A stretch of DNA of 45,337 nucleotides from Corallococcus sp. bb12-1 (GCF_026626765.1 NZ_JAPNJZ010000012.1:269012-314348); one strand, 5' to 3'; counted from the first letter of the stretch, positions 18,765-29,285 are shown. Numbers and translations are program-made. Notes: generated by a model not told the origin, from the sequence alone.

Positions 18765-20160
18765 TCACACCGCGCCGTAGTAGCGCTGGTACACGGTGGT
18801 GAGCGTCACCCCTACGGAGAGCAGGATGAAGCCGGCGATCAACACCGGCTTGAGCCGCGCCAGCGCGCGCGGTGCCCAGGCGGGCGGGGCCAGGGCCACC
18901 ACCAACAGGGGCGCATAGGGCAGCAGGTAGCGGCCCTGCACGCCGTCCACGCGGTCCGCCCCCGGGGGCGTCCACGCCAGGTAGAGCATGGCCTGGATGG
19001 CGAGCACGCCCGCCACGGCGACGCCCAGCGCCACCACGCGCACGCGCCAGCCCACCGTGGGCGAAGGGGCCGCGTCCAGCGCCATCACGCCCAGGAGCAG
19101 CGCGCCCAGGCCCAGGAGCGCGGGCCTCGGCACCGGGGTGTCCAGCCAGCCGAACACGCCGCCCGCCTGATGAAGGAAGTCCGGCAGTCGCATCCAGAAG
19201 TCCGAGACGAGCACCCCCATCACCTGGAAGGGGTGCGCGCGGACGTGGGCCACCTGCGCCACGACTTCGCTCGGACGGAAGATGTCCCGCACCGTGCTGG
19301 ACCACGCGAACTGGAGCAGCGCGGGGACGGCCACGATGGCGACGGCGGCCAGCGCATAGCGCCCAGGCGTCCCCATCCGGGTGAGCGGCAGCAGCAGGAA
19401 CACGAGTGACAGGGGCAGGTAGGCCTGCTTGCACAGGGCCACGAACACCGCGCTCAAGAGCAGCAGGCCCAGCTGCTTCGCCCCGAGCGGCCCCGGGTGC
19501 GCGAAGGTGTAGTGCAGCGACAGCGCCAGCAGCAGCAGGCACGCCGACAGGGTGATGGGATCCGCGGACACGGAGGCCCGCTGGAACAGCACCATGGGCG
19601 TGAGCGCCAGCAGCGCGAAGGCCCACCGCTGGAAGGGCATCAACCGCAGCGCCAGCGCCGTGAGCGCCAGCGCCACCAGCACGTTGCCCAGCCGGCCCGC
19701 CCACAGCACCACCACCGGCGGCGCCTCCAGGATTCGCGCGGGCGCCATGCCCAGCGACTGCGGGAAGTACACCAGCGGGAAGTAGATGGCGGACGCGGCG
19801 AAGTGCCACTCCACGGTGTCCCGGGGCGCGAGCGCGGTGTGCATGGCGTCGCGCAGGCGCTGCCGGTCCTGCCGCACGTTGGCGTGGCCCCCGACGCCCT
19901 CCGACACGTGCTCCGCCACCTGGATCACGCTGCGCGGAAGCTGACCGCCCGCGGACGCTGTCGGCAGCCGCGTGGCCGTCAACTGGCCCTCGGAGACCTG
20001 GTACGCGCGGTAGAAGTGCGCCGGTTCGTCCGCCACCTGGAACGGTGGCGTGAGGAAGCTCAGCACCCCGCCCAGCACGGCGGCCACGATCAGGAAGACG
20101 TTGATGGGCGCGATGAAGAACGGACGCAGGGAAGACGGGGTCGGCGAAGACGCGAGCATG
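18765..20160 (-). CDS. DUF2142-family polytopic membrane protein (putative GT-C-like glycosyltransferase).
   Basis: 465 aa (start could be upstream, to 20261). About 10-12 TM helices with a periplasmic-loop motif region (FQVADEPAHFYRAYQVSEG). Genomic linkage to a GT2 polyprenyl-phosphate glycosyltransferase and DUF2304. Confidence 0.65.
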
Positions 20161-20184
20161 GATGGGAAGTCGTTCCGCGAAGGC

Positions 20185-20595
20185 TCAGGCGGCGTGGGGG
20201 TCGTGCCGGGCGGCGGCGGGGACGGAGTCGGGGCGGGGCAGGGGGCGCGTGAGGCGCTCATGCTCCGCGGAGGTGAGCAGGGCCACCTCCTGCGCCAGCC
20301 GCTTGAGCTGCTGGCGCTGCTCCGCCACCTGGAGGCTCAGCCGGTACACGACCCACATCAGGGCCGACAGGGCGAGGAAGAAGAGGGCCGAGGGCGCGTA
20401 GTAGATGCCCATGGCCGACGCCAGCGTGTCGATGCCGTGGCGCCACAGGGACAGGCCCGCGATGGTCGCCGAGACGAGCAACCACGCGAAGGTGTGACGC
20501 TCGCTGGTGCGCCGGCCCCGGGCCGACCACAGCACCGTGAACGCGAAGGCGGCCGCGAAGGCCACGCCAATGAGGCTGGAGCGAAGCATGGGCAT
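20185..20595 (-). CDS. DUF2304-family small membrane protein.
   Basis: 136 aa with 3-4 TM helices (MPMLRSSLIGVAFAAAFAFTVLW...). Start overlaps the stop of the upstream GT2 gene (TGATG). This is the typical partner of GT2/DUF2142 operons. Confidence 0.6.
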   Translation of the reverse strand: MPMLRSSLIGVAFAAAFAFTVLWSARGRRTSERHTFAWLLVSATIAGLSLWRHGIDTLASAMGIYYAPSALFFLALSALMWVVYRLSLQVAEQRQQLKRLAQEVALLTSAEHERLTRPLPRPDSVPAAARHDPHAA

Positions 20596-20597
20596 CA

Positions 20598-21293
20598 GAC
20601 GGGACGGACCCGCTCCATGAGCAGGGCGAAGGACACCTTCGCCATGTAGAACGCCGACTTCCACGGCGTCAGCGAGCTGGTGCCGGTGAGGCGCGGCCGC
20701 ATGCGCACGGCCACCTCCGCGATGCGGAAGCCCTGCCGCGCCGCCATGAGGACGCTCTCGGGTTCCGGGTAGTCGTGGGGGTGGGTGCGCGCGAAGAAGC
20801 GGATGGCCTGGGGTCCGAAGCCCCGGAAGCCGGAGGTCGGGTCGGTGATGCGCTGGTGGCTCAGCGTGGACAAGAGCCCCGCGATGAACCGGTTGCCAAA
20901 GCGGCGCAGCCACGTGGAGCGGAAGCTCGTGACGCCCGCGAACCGGCTGCCGATGACGAGCTCCACGCCGGACTGGAGCGCTTCGCGCAGGGCGGGGACG
21001 GACGCGGGGTCATGCTGGCCGTCGCCGTCCATGCGGATGACCTGCGCGTAGCCATGCCGCGAGGCATAGAGCAGGCCGCTCGCCTCGCCCGCGGCGACGC
21101 CCAGGTTGAAGGGGTGGGTGAGGACGTGCGCGCCCGCGGCCCGGGCGTGGTCCGCCGTCTGGTCCCGCGAGCCGTCATCCACGACGAGCACGTCCAGGTC
21201 CGGCAGGGCTTCACGCAGCTCCGCCACCGTGGAGCCAATGCATTCCTCTTCGTTGTAGGCCAGCAACACGATGAGGCCCCGTCGGGTGTCCAT
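20598..21293 (-). CDS. GT2 polyprenyl-phosphate glycosyltransferase (DPM1/GtrB/ArnC-like).
   Basis: LIVLLAYNEEECIGSTV, VVDDGSRDQTADHA, MDGDGQHDP, TDPTSGFRGF. These are classic Dpm1/GtrB motifs. GGGAAG ribosome-binding site 5 nt upstream of the ATG. Confidence 0.8.
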
Positions 21294-21360
21294 GCTTCCC
21301 ACTCCTGTCTCGTCGGGGCTTCTACCGTCTACCACCCGTGCCGAACAACCCTCCTACCCC

Positions 21361-22284
21361 CTACGCCCGAGCCTGCCCCACGCGCGCGATGAAGATCCAG
21401 GCGTCCTGCAGTCGCAGGCCCTCCGCCACGGCGCCCAGTCCCTGGCCTGCCAGGGTGACGAGCGGCCGGGGGAGCCGTCGTGCGGCGTGGGCCCGGTCGG
21501 CGAGGCTGCCCGCCTCGAAGTCCAGGTCGCCGAAGGCGTCCACCGGTTCCAGGCCCACGCGCCGCAGCAGGGCCTCCATGGAGGCCCGGGTGAAATAGCT
21601 CTCGTGCGGAGGGAAGGAGCCGCACTGGTACAACTGCTCCAGGAGCTGGGGCGTGCCCAGGCCGGCCATCACCCGGGAGACGCGGTACAGCAGGCCGCTG
21701 GCCACGGGCACCTTGAGCACCACCCACTCCAGCTCCGGAGCGAGCTGGCCGACGAGGTGGCGCACCATGTCCGCCAGGTGGGGGCCCGGGAAGTGTTCCA
21801 CCACGTCCAGCAGCGTGAGGATGCGCGGGCGGAACGGCAGCGCCTCCAGCGGCAGGGGCCACCGTCCCCCTTCGGGCAGGGCCAACTGCACGGAAGGGAT
21901 GCCCGCGTCGCGCAGCAGGTTCACGGACAGCTCGGAGATGTCCGCCCCCGCGAGCTCCGTCACGCCCGCGTCGCGGCAGCCTTCCAGGAACCAACCCCGG
22001 CCCGCCCCGAAGTCCAGCAGCCGGGCGGGCTGGGGCACGTGGCGGCGCAGGCGCTCGACGATGGCGCGGGCCTGTCGCTGCCGCGTGGCGCGCAGCGAGT
22101 CCATGAAGCCGCCGCTGTCGTACTGGGCATGGTAGTCGGCCGTGTTGCGCGGAGCGCGGTGCGCAGCGGCGCGGTGGCCGCAGCGTGCGCAGGTCTCCAC
22201 GTCCAGCCGGGCGCCCTGGAAGGTCGGCTGGAGCGTCTGGGAATCACAGGCAGGACAGGCAGGGGACGTCATGGTGGCCGACAC
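21361..22284 (-). CDS. Class I SAM-dependent methyltransferase with an N-terminal Cys4 zinc ribbon.
   Basis: CPACDS...CARCGH zinc-ribbon. SAM motif I LLDFGAGRGWF. Acidic motif II LLDVVEHF. Confidence 0.7.
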   Translation of the reverse strand: MSATMTSPACPACDSQTLQPTFQGARLDVETCARCGHRAAAHRAPRNTADYHAQYDSGGFMDSLRATRQRQARAIVERLRRHVPQPARLLDFGAGRGWFLEGCRDAGVTELAGADISELSVNLLRDAGIPSVQLALPEGGRWPLPLEALPFRPRILTLLDVVEHFPGPHLADMVRHLVGQLAPELEWVVLKVPVASGLLYRVSRVMAGLGTPQLLEQLYQCGSFPPHESYFTRASMEALLRRVGLEPVDAFGDLDFEAGSLADRAHAARRLPRPLVTLAGQGLGAVAEGLRLQDAWIFIARVGQARA

Positions 22285-22331
22285 CCTACCTCTCCTCGTG
22301 ACGCCAGGCGATGTCTGTCCATGCCCGGAGG

Positions 22332-22865
22332 CTACCGGCCACGGCGCCTGGACTTGCCGCGAGGCGGCTGCGCGCCCGTGTCTTCCCCGGAGGGCTTCGC
22401 GGGGGGCTCGACCTCCGGAGTCCTCGGAGGCAGGTGGGCGTCAAGCTGCTCCAGCCGCTTCTCCACTTCCTGGCGCCACAGCGTCTGCGTGCGCGCATGC
22501 ACGCGCTGGTGTTCATGGATGAGCGCGAGCGCGTCCAGGATGGCTTCGTTGAACTCCACCTGACGCCGGAGCGCTTCATTGATGAAGGGCTGGAACGCGA
22601 GCCGGAAGGCGCGCTTGGCCATCACCAGCGCGGGGCCCACCACGGGCCGGTGGGACGACGGCGCGTCCGCGTAGCGCGCATCGCGCTTGATGCGCGCGCC
22701 CTCCAGGAAGGGGGGCCACGCGGCGGCGGAGGGTTTTTCGTGGGTGGCGGCGAAGCGCTGTCGGAGCGCGTCCACGGCGTCCGGCCTGGGCGTCGGAAGC
22801 TGGCGCAGGGACTCGGTGATCTCCTCCGCGGTGGGCCGGGTGCTGATGAGGTCTTCAGCGCGCAT
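22332..22865 (-). CDS. Hypothetical protein (177 aa).
   Basis: ORF with a good RBS (GGGAGGA 7 nt upstream of the ATG). 11-nt overlap with the upstream GT4 gene. No recognisable domain. Confidence 0.4.
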   Translation of the reverse strand: MRAEDLISTRPTAEEITESLRQLPTPRPDAVDALRQRFAATHEKPSAAAWPPFLEGARIKRDARYADAPSSHRPVVGPALVMAKRAFRLAFQPFINEALRRQVEFNEAILDALALIHEHQRVHARTQTLWRQEVEKRLEQLDAHLPPRTPEVEPPAKPSGEDTGAQPPRGKSRRRGR

Positions 22866-24501
22866 GCGTGCGTCCTCCCGCTTCCAGGGCCTGGGCCACA
22901 TCCGTCGCGAGCGCGTCCACGTCCGCTCCGGGGGACAGCTCCCACAGGCGGGCGCCCAGCGCCTGCCGCACCCCTTCGTCCGGCGCGCGGCGGGTTTCCC
23001 AGACGCCGCCCGCGACGGTGCGGGAGTGGAGTCGGGTCACGGTCCGCCGCGCCACCTCTTCATCCGCGCCCGCGAACAGCACGGGGCCGGTGGCGCAGCA
23101 CACGGCCGTCTCCAGGGACGAGGACGGGGGCACGTCCTGGCCCTCGCGCGACGCCGGCTCATCCGGGGTGAAGTGCCACACCGACGCACCGTCGCTCCGC
23201 GCCTCTTTCGGCGCCAGTTGCAGCGGCATCACCTGGCGGCGCACCGTCCAGAGCCTCGCGCCGGGCAGCCGGTCCACCACGGCGCGCGCAAGGCGGGACA
23301 TGGGCGCGTCAGGCGCGGTTTCGAAGCCCGGGCACACCACCGTGGGGCCGTCGGGGCCGCGCTTCTCGCGCGCCGGGGCCCGGCCCTCCAGGAAGGGCGC
23401 CAGGGCCTCGCGCAAGCGTCGGGCGACCGTCTCCTGATTCAACGGGGCCAGCCGCTCGCGCTGGGCGTCCACCACCCGCGCTCGCAGGGCCGGGTCGCGC
23501 TCCAGCACCGCGAGCAGCCCGGCCACCTCCACGGGGTCGTCCGTCAGCGTGGTGAGGCCCGCGCCGCCCATCGTCTCCGGCACCGCCGCGGCGCCGTACG
23601 CCACCACGGGCACGCCCCGGTACATGGCCTCCAGCAGGGGCACGCCGAAGCCCTCGTGGCGGCTCATGGAGAGGTAGGCCGTGGCGGAGGCGAAGCACGC
23701 GGACAGCTGGGCCGAATCCACCCGCCCCAGGAAGACGACGCGGTCGGGGCCCAGTTGCTCGCGCAGCGCGAGCACGGAGGCGTCATAGGGGGCGCTGTTG
23801 GACAGCGTCCCCGCCACCAGCAGCCGGCTGCGCGGCTGGTACAGGCGCTGGTACGCGGTGAAGACGCGCAGCACGTCCTCCAGGCGTTTGCTGGGCACGG
23901 TGCGGCCCACGAAGAGGATGTTCGCGCACCCGTCATCCATCTGCGCCCGGAGCGCGGGATCCGCCGGCACGTTGAACGCGTTCCAGTCCACCGCGAAGGG
24001 CAGCACCGCCGCGTCCCGGTAGCCCGCGGCGGTCAGCTCCTCCGCGCTGAAGTGCGAGTAGGCCCAGGCGTGCGTCACGTGGTCGCGCAGCGCTCGCAGC
24101 TCCTCGCGCGCCACCGTGCAGCCGCTCGCCACGTGGCGGTCCGAGCCCTCGAAGAACCGGGCCGGCGTGACGTTGTGGTACAGCAGCGCCTTGCGCCCCT
24201 TCGCCCGGGCCACGATGGGGACGAGCCGCGACGCGAAGCTGTGGTGGATGAGCAGCGCGCTGTCCGCGTCCGCCTCGCGCGGGTAGTCGTGGGCGGGCCG
24301 CACCTGATCGCGGCAGGACTCGTCCCACTGGTCCGCGTAGATCTCCGAGGCGAAACCCCACCCGCGCAGCAGGTCCCGCAGGTAGCGCACCTGATTGCCC
24401 ACGGCGTCGCCCCAGGCCAGGCGCGCTACCAGCTGGTGGACCCTCCCGACGCTCGGGGAGGCGGTCCCTCGCTTGCTGTTCCAGAGGCTCACGTTGGCCA
24501 T
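22855..24501 (-). CDS. GT4-family (GT-B) glycosyltransferase with a ~170-aa C-terminal extension of unknown function.
   Basis: ILFVGRTVPSKRLEDVL, LLVAG, and EGFGVPLLEAMYRGVPVVAY (E-x7-E). The ORF start could also be 24519. Confidence 0.75.
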   Translation of the reverse strand: MANVSLWNSKRGTASPSVGRVHQLVARLAWGDAVGNQVRYLRDLLRGWGFASEIYADQWDESCRDQVRPAHDYPREADADSALLIHHSFASRLVPIVARAKGRKALLYHNVTPARFFEGSDRHVASGCTVAREELRALRDHVTHAWAYSHFSAEELTAAGYRDAAVLPFAVDWNAFNVPADPALRAQMDDGCANILFVGRTVPSKRLEDVLRVFTAYQRLYQPRSRLLVAGTLSNSAPYDASVLALREQLGPDRVVFLGRVDSAQLSACFASATAYLSMSRHEGFGVPLLEAMYRGVPVVAYGAAAVPETMGGAGLTTLTDDPVEVAGLLAVLERDPALRARVVDAQRERLAPLNQETVARRLREALAPFLEGRAPAREKRGPDGPTVVCPGFETAPDAPMSRLARAVVDRLPGARLWTVRRQVMPLQLAPKEARSDGASVWHFTPDEPASREGQDVPPSSSLETAVCCATGPVLFAGADEEVARRTVTRLHSRTVAGGVWETRRAPDEGVRQALGARLWELSPGADVDALATDVAQALEAGGRTHAR

Positions 24502-24615
24502 GGCGTTTACAACCGGCACGCACCGGGGACAAGTGGGCGCGGCCTTGCCTTGACGGGGCTCCCCTGCCTCCGCTACGGAGGGCGCTTTCTCCTGCGTCCG
24601 AGTGGTGGCTTGTCA
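24502..24615. promoter_or_regulatory. Divergent promoter region between the GT4 gene (minus) and rmlB (plus).
   Basis: A 114-bp gap containing ccttgccTTGACGg (-35-like). No confident -10. Confidence 0.3.
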
Positions 24616-25641
24616 ATGAACGTCCTGGTGACAGGGGGCTGCGGCTTCATCGGCTCCAATCTGGTGAAGTACCTGCGTCGCGAGCGGCCTGACTGGAAGA
24701 TCGTCAACCTCGACAAGCTCACCTACGCCGGCAACCTCGAGACGCTCGCCGACCTGGAGGGGGATCCCCAGCACGTCTTCGTGCGCGGCGACATCGGCAA
24801 CCGCGAGCTGGTGGAGCACCTCCTGGTGCAACATTCCATCGACGCGGTGATGCACCTGGCGGCGGAGAGCCACGTGGACCGCTCCATCCTGGGGCCGGAG
24901 ATCTTCGTCACCACCAACGTCCTGGGCACCCAGCAGTTGCTGGAGGCCAGCCGGGCGAGGGGCGTGAAGCGCTTCCTGATGGTGTCCACCGACGAGGTGT
25001 ACGGCTCGCTGGGGCCCACGGGCGCGTTCACGGAAGCCTCGCCGCTGCAGCCGTCCAGCCCGTACTCGGCGTCGAAGACGAGCTCGGACCTGATCGCGCT
25101 GGCGTACCACCACACGTTCAAGATGGACGTGGTGGTGACGCGCTGCTCGAACAACTACGGCCGCTACCAGTTCCCGGAGAAGCTCATCCCGCTGATGGTG
25201 GTCAACGCGCTCCACGACAAGCCGCTGCCCGTCTACGGCGACGGCGCCAACGTGCGCGACTGGCTCCACGTGGAGGACCACTGCCAGGGCCTGCTGGTGG
25301 CGCTGGAGAAGGGCCGGGCCGGCGAGGTCTACAACATCGGCGGCGGCTCCGAGCGTCGCAACATCGAGATCGTCAAGGGCATCCTGGGCCTGCTGGGCAA
25401 GCCCGAGTCCCTCATCCAGTACGTGGCGGACCGGCCCGGGCATGACCGGCGCTACGCCATCGACCCGGCGAAGATCCGCGCGGAGCTGGGCTGGAAGGCG
25501 AAGCACACCTTCGAGCAGGGGCTGGCGGACACGGTGAAGTGGTACGTGGAGAACCGCGCGTGGTGGGAGCGGGTGACGAGCGGCGCCTACCGCCAGTACT
25601 TCGACACCCAGTACAAGACCCGTCTCCAGGGGCGGGGCTAG
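24616..25641 (+). CDS. rmlB: dTDP-glucose 4,6-dehydratase.
   Basis: MNVLVTGGCGFIGSN (NAD-binding GxxGxxG). Catalytic YSASK. High overall similarity to RfbB/RmlB proteins. Confidence 0.9.
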   Translation: MNVLVTGGCGFIGSNLVKYLRRERPDWKIVNLDKLTYAGNLETLADLEGDPQHVFVRGDIGNRELVEHLLVQHSIDAVMHLAAESHVDRSILGPEIFVTTNVLGTQQLLEASRARGVKRFLMVSTDEVYGSLGPTGAFTEASPLQPSSPYSASKTSSDLIALAYHHTFKMDVVVTRCSNNYGRYQFPEKLIPLMVVNALHDKPLPVYGDGANVRDWLHVEDHCQGLLVALEKGRAGEVYNIGGGSERRNIEIVKGILGLLGKPESLIQYVADRPGHDRRYAIDPAKIRAELGWKAKHTFEQGLADTVKWYVENRAWWERVTSGAYRQYFDTQYKTRLQGRG

Positions 25642-25644
25642 GCC

Positions 25645-26544
25645 ATGCGCCTTCTCGTCACGGGGGCCAACGGTCTGGTGGGCAGCCGCGTCTGCGCGCT
25701 GCTGACCGAACAGGGACACGACGTGGTCGGGCTGGGGCGAGGCCCCCGGCGCACCGGCGGAACGCACCGGTACGTGGAAGTGGACCTGACGCGCGAAGCG
25801 GACGTGGCCGCGGCCATCGCCACCGCCGCGCCCGAGGTGATCATCCACCCCGCGTCCATGACGGAAGTGGACGCGTGTGAGAAGGACCCGGAGGCCGCCT
25901 TCGCGGCGAACGTCACCGCCACGGCGGCGGTGGCCCGGGGCGCCCGCGCGCTGGGCGCGCACCTGGTGCACGTGTCCACGGACTACGTGTTCGACGGGGA
26001 TGCGGGCCCGTACGCGGAGGACGCGCTGCCGAACCCGAAGGGCGTGTACGCGCTCACCAAGCACATGGCGGAGCAGGCGGCGCGCACCTTCGTTCCGGGC
26101 TGCGCCATCGCGCGCACGGCGGTGGTGTACGGCTGGCCGGCGGCGGGCCGTCCCAACTTCGGCGCCTGGCTGGTGGGCGCGCTGGAGAAGGGGCAGCCGG
26201 TGAAGCTGTTCGAGGACCAGGTGGTGTCCCCGAGCTTCGCGGACAGCGTGGCCGCGATGCTGGCGGAGCTGGGCGTGCGGCGGCTGGGCGGGGTGTGGAA
26301 CACGTGTGGTGGCACCGTCATCGACCGGGTGGGGTTCGGCCGGGCGCTGTGCGAGGTGTTCGGCTTCGACGCGTCGCTCATCACGCCCACGCGGATGGCG
26401 GACCTGAAGCTCGCGAGCCCCCGGCCGCTGCGCAGTGGCCTGACGACGGACAAGGTGCGGGCCCAGTTGGAGGCGAAGCCGCTGGCGCTGGCCGAGTCGC
26501 TGGCGCGCTTCCACGCGGCGTGGAAGGCGAACCGTCCCGTTTGA
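25645..26544 (+). CDS. rmlD: dTDP-4-dehydrorhamnose reductase.
   Basis: [35 protein letters not shown] (the YxxxK motif of RmlD). Starts 4 nt after the rmlB stop. Confidence 0.85.
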   Translation: MRLLVTGANGLVGSRVCALLTEQGHDVVGLGRGPRRTGGTHRYVEVDLTREADVAAAIATAAPEVIIHPASMTEVDACEKDPEAAFAANVTATAAVARGARALGAHLVHVSTDYVFDGDAGPYAEDALPNPKGVYALTKHMAEQAARTFVPGCAIARTAVVYGWPAAGRPNFGAWLVGALEKGQPVKLFEDQVVSPSFADSVAAMLAELGVRRLGGVWNTCGGTVIDRVGFGRALCEVFGFDASLITPTRMADLKLASPRPLRSGLTTDKVRAQLEAKPLALAESLARFHAAWKANRPV

Positions 26545-26635
26545 TCATCCGCGCGTGGCGGCCGTCCGCGCGCATTCTCGTCCGCGAACCTTCCCGGGGA
26601 TTTCAGTCCGGGGGCGTGGAACGCAGGGAGCATCC

Positions 26636-27517
26636 ATGAAGGGAATCGTTCTGGCCGGCGGCTCGGGCACGCGCCTGTATCCGCTGACGCGCGTGGTGAG
26701 CAAGCAGCTGTTGCCCGTCTACGACAAGCCGATGATCTACTACCCGGTGACGACGCTGATGCTGGCGGGCATCCGGGAGATCCTCATCATCTCCACGCCG
26801 CAGGACCTGCCGCGCTTCCGCGAGCTCTTGGGCGACGGGGAGCAGTGGGGCGTGCGCTTCCAGTACGCCGAACAGCCGAAGCCGGAAGGGCTGGCGCAGG
26901 CCTTCGTCATCGGCCGCGACTTCGTGGGCAAGGACCCGGTGTCGCTCATCCTGGGCGACAACATCTTCTACGGCCACGGCATGGGAGAGCTCACGCAGCG
27001 GGCCTCGCGCCGCACGCACGGCGCGACGGTGTTCGGCTACTACGTGAAGGATCCGGAGCGCTACGGCGTGGTGGAGCTCAACGCGCAGCGCCAGGCGGTG
27101 AGCATCGAGGAGAAGCCGCTGAAGCCGAAGTCGCACTACGCCGTCACCGGGTTGTACTTCTACGACAACCAGGTGGTGGACATCGCCGCCAACCTCAAGC
27201 CCGGCCGGCGCGGTGAGTATGAAATCACCGACGTGAACGCGGAGTACCTGCGGCGCGGAGAGCTCAACGTGGAGCTGATGGGCCGCGGCTACGCGTGGCT
27301 GGACACCGGCACGCACGAATCGCTGATGCAGGCGTCCAACTACATCGAGATCATCGAGCGCCGGCAGGGCCTCAAGGTGGCGTGCCCGGAGGAGATTGCC
27401 TTCCGCATGGGCTACATCGACGACAAGCAGTTGGCGGCGCTGGCGGAGCCCATGCGCAAGAACGAATACGGTCAGTACCTGTTGGATCTCATCGAGAACC
27501 GGGGAGCGGTGTCGTGA
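26636..27517 (+). CDS. rmlA: Glucose-1-phosphate thymidylyltransferase.
   Basis: [18 protein letters not shown] (nucleotidyltransferase G-rich loop). [34 protein letters not shown]. Confidence 0.9.
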   Translation: MKGIVLAGGSGTRLYPLTRVVSKQLLPVYDKPMIYYPVTTLMLAGIREILIISTPQDLPRFRELLGDGEQWGVRFQYAEQPKPEGLAQAFVIGRDFVGKDPVSLILGDNIFYGHGMGELTQRASRRTHGATVFGYYVKDPERYGVVELNAQRQAVSIEEKPLKPKSHYAVTGLYFYDNQVVDIAANLKPGRRGEYEITDVNAEYLRRGELNVELMGRGYAWLDTGTHESLMQASNYIEIIERRQGLKVACPEEIAFRMGYIDDKQLAALAEPMRKNEYGQYLLDLIENRGAVS

Positions 27518-28059
27518 AGGTCACCCCCCTGGAGCTGCCCGAAGTCCTCCTGGTGGAGCCGAAGGTGTTCGGCGACGACCGGGGCTTCTTCCTCGAGTCG
27601 TACCACGCGAAGCGCTACGCGGACGCGGGCATCACGGGCCCCTTCGTGCAGGACAACCTGTCGCGCTCTTTGAAGGGCACCCTCCGGGGGCTGCATTTCC
27701 AGGAGCCGAACGTGCAAGGCAAGCTGGTGCAGTGCCTGTCCGGCGCGGTGTGGGACGTGGCGGTGGACGTGCGGCGCGGCTCGCCCACGTTCGGCCGCTG
27801 GGTGGCGGCGGAGCTGTCGTTCGAGAACAAGCGGCAGCTCTGGGTGCCCCCGGGCTTCGCGCACGGCTTCTGCGTGCTGAGCGACTCCGCGGACTTCTTC
27901 TACAAGTGCACCGCGCTGTACTCGCCGGAGACCGAGCGGAGCGTGCTCTGGAATGATCCCGACCTGGCCATCCCCTGGCCCGTGAGCGCGCCGCTGCTGT
28001 CGGGCAAGGATCAGCAGGCGCCCCGGCTGAAGGACGCCCCGGTCCTGCCCGCTTTCTGA
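27514..28059 (+). CDS. rmlC: dTDP-4-dehydrorhamnose 3,5-epimerase.
   Basis: GTG start overlapping the rmlA stop (GTGA). [15 protein letters not shown], and [12 protein letters not shown], which are cupin RmlC motifs. Confidence 0.85.
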   Translation: MKVTPLELPEVLLVEPKVFGDDRGFFLESYHAKRYADAGITGPFVQDNLSRSLKGTLRGLHFQEPNVQGKLVQCLSGAVWDVAVDVRRGSPTFGRWVAAELSFENKRQLWVPPGFAHGFCVLSDSADFFYKCTALYSPETERSVLWNDPDLAIPWPVSAPLLSGKDQQAPRLKDAPVLPAF

Positions 28060-28223
28060 CGTCTGGAGCAGGCAGCCAGGCATGAAGCAGGGGCTTGCCA
28101 TCCCGTCCTCCGTGCGCGGTAAGCAGGCAGGGAGGCAGGCGACTTCTACGAGGAGGAAGCCAGTCAGGGGATGGAATGCCCAATCTCTTCCGAGCAGTCG
28201 TGGCGCACCTCGGAGGAGACGGC

Positions 28224-29285
28224 ATGGTTTTGCCCGGCAAGGGAATGAGCTGGAAGGAGTTCTTCAAGTCCCTCAAGGCCGAGTGGGCGCGGGACAACGT
28301 GGGCAATGTGGCGGGGGCGCTGACGTTCCAGGGCATCCTCGCGCTGTTCCCGTTCCTGCTGTTCCTCGTGTCGCTTGCGGGCGTGTTGATTGATCCGCAT
28401 CAGGCGCAGCAGCTGGTCCAGGAGCTGTCGCGCGTGGCGCCGCAGGAGGTGACGAAGATCCTGGGTGAGCGCCTGGAGGCGCTGGCGAGCAGCAATCCGG
28501 TGGGGCTGCTGACCATCGGTGGCGTGGGCGCCATCTGGGCGGCGTCGGGCGGCATCGTGGCGCTGATGGAGGCGCTCAACACGGTGTACGGCGTGGAGGA
28601 GAAGCGCCCGTTCTGGAAGAAGCGGGGCATCGCGCTCCTGACGACGTTGGGCACGGCGGTGACGGCGGTGTTGGCGGCCCTCGTCGCGGTCGCCACGCCG
28701 GCGGTGGCGAGCAGGCTGGGCGAGCCGCTGAGCACCGTCATCATGTGGCTGCGCCTGCCGGTGGCGGGGCTCCTGATGATGTGCCTGTGGGCGTACCTGT
28801 ACTACGCGCTGCCGGACGTGAAGCAGAAGTTCAAGTTCATCACGCCGGGCTCGGTGGTGGGCGTTCTCATCTGGGTGGCCGCGTCGTGGGCGTTCTCCAT
28901 GTACGTGGCGAACTTCGGCTCGTACGACGTGAACTACGGCGCCATCGGCGGCGTCATCGTGCTGCTCTTGTGGATGTGGATCTCCTGCCAGGTCATCCTG
29001 CTGGGCGCGGAGATCAACGGCATCCTGGAGCACAAGTCGCCGGACGGTAAGTCGCCGGGTCAGCGCGATCCGGATCAGGCTGGGCCGAACGTGACGAAGA
29101 CGGAAGCGGAGGAGCAGGGCGCGGACCTGCCCGGCGCCACCGACTTCCGTCCCAAGCCGGTCGCGCCACCGTACACCACGGCGCCAGTGCCCCTGAGCAA
29201 GACGCCCCTGGCGTCCGCGGTGAAGGTGGCCGCGGGCGTGGGCCTGGGTGTGTTCCTGATGCGCCGCAAATCTCCGGCGCGGTAG
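28224..29285 (+). CDS. YihY/BrkB (ribonuclease BN-like) family inner-membrane protein.
   Basis: The FLxxxxRDNVGNxAGALTFQGILALFPFLLF start is typical of YihY. Six TM helices. Strong RBS GGAGGAG 5 nt upstream of the ATG at 28224. Confidence 0.75.
   Translation: MVLPGKGMSWKEFFKSLKAEWARDNVGNVAGALTFQGILALFPFLLFLVSLAGVLIDPHQAQQLVQELSRVAPQEVTKILGERLEALASSNPVGLLTIGGVGAIWAASGGIVALMEALNTVYGVEEKRPFWKKRGIALLTTLGTAVTAVLAALVAVATPAVASRLGEPLSTVIMWLRLPVAGLLMMCLWAYLYYALPDVKQKFKFITPGSVVGVLIWVAASWAFSMYVANFGSYDVNYGAIGGVIVLLLWMWISCQVILLGAEINGILEHKSPDGKSPGQRDPDQAGPNVTKTEAEEQGADLPGATDFRPKPVAPPYTTAPVPLSKTPLASAVKVAAGVGLGVFLMRRKSPAR

Noticed and set aside
20185-20913. Full 242-aa ORF upstream-extended version of the DUF2304 gene.
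   Set aside because: The N-terminal 106 residues are Pro/Arg/His-rich. They overlap the end of the GT2 gene in another frame. Only the C-terminal 136 aa starting at MPMLRSS shows membrane-protein character, and its ATG overlaps the upstream stop.
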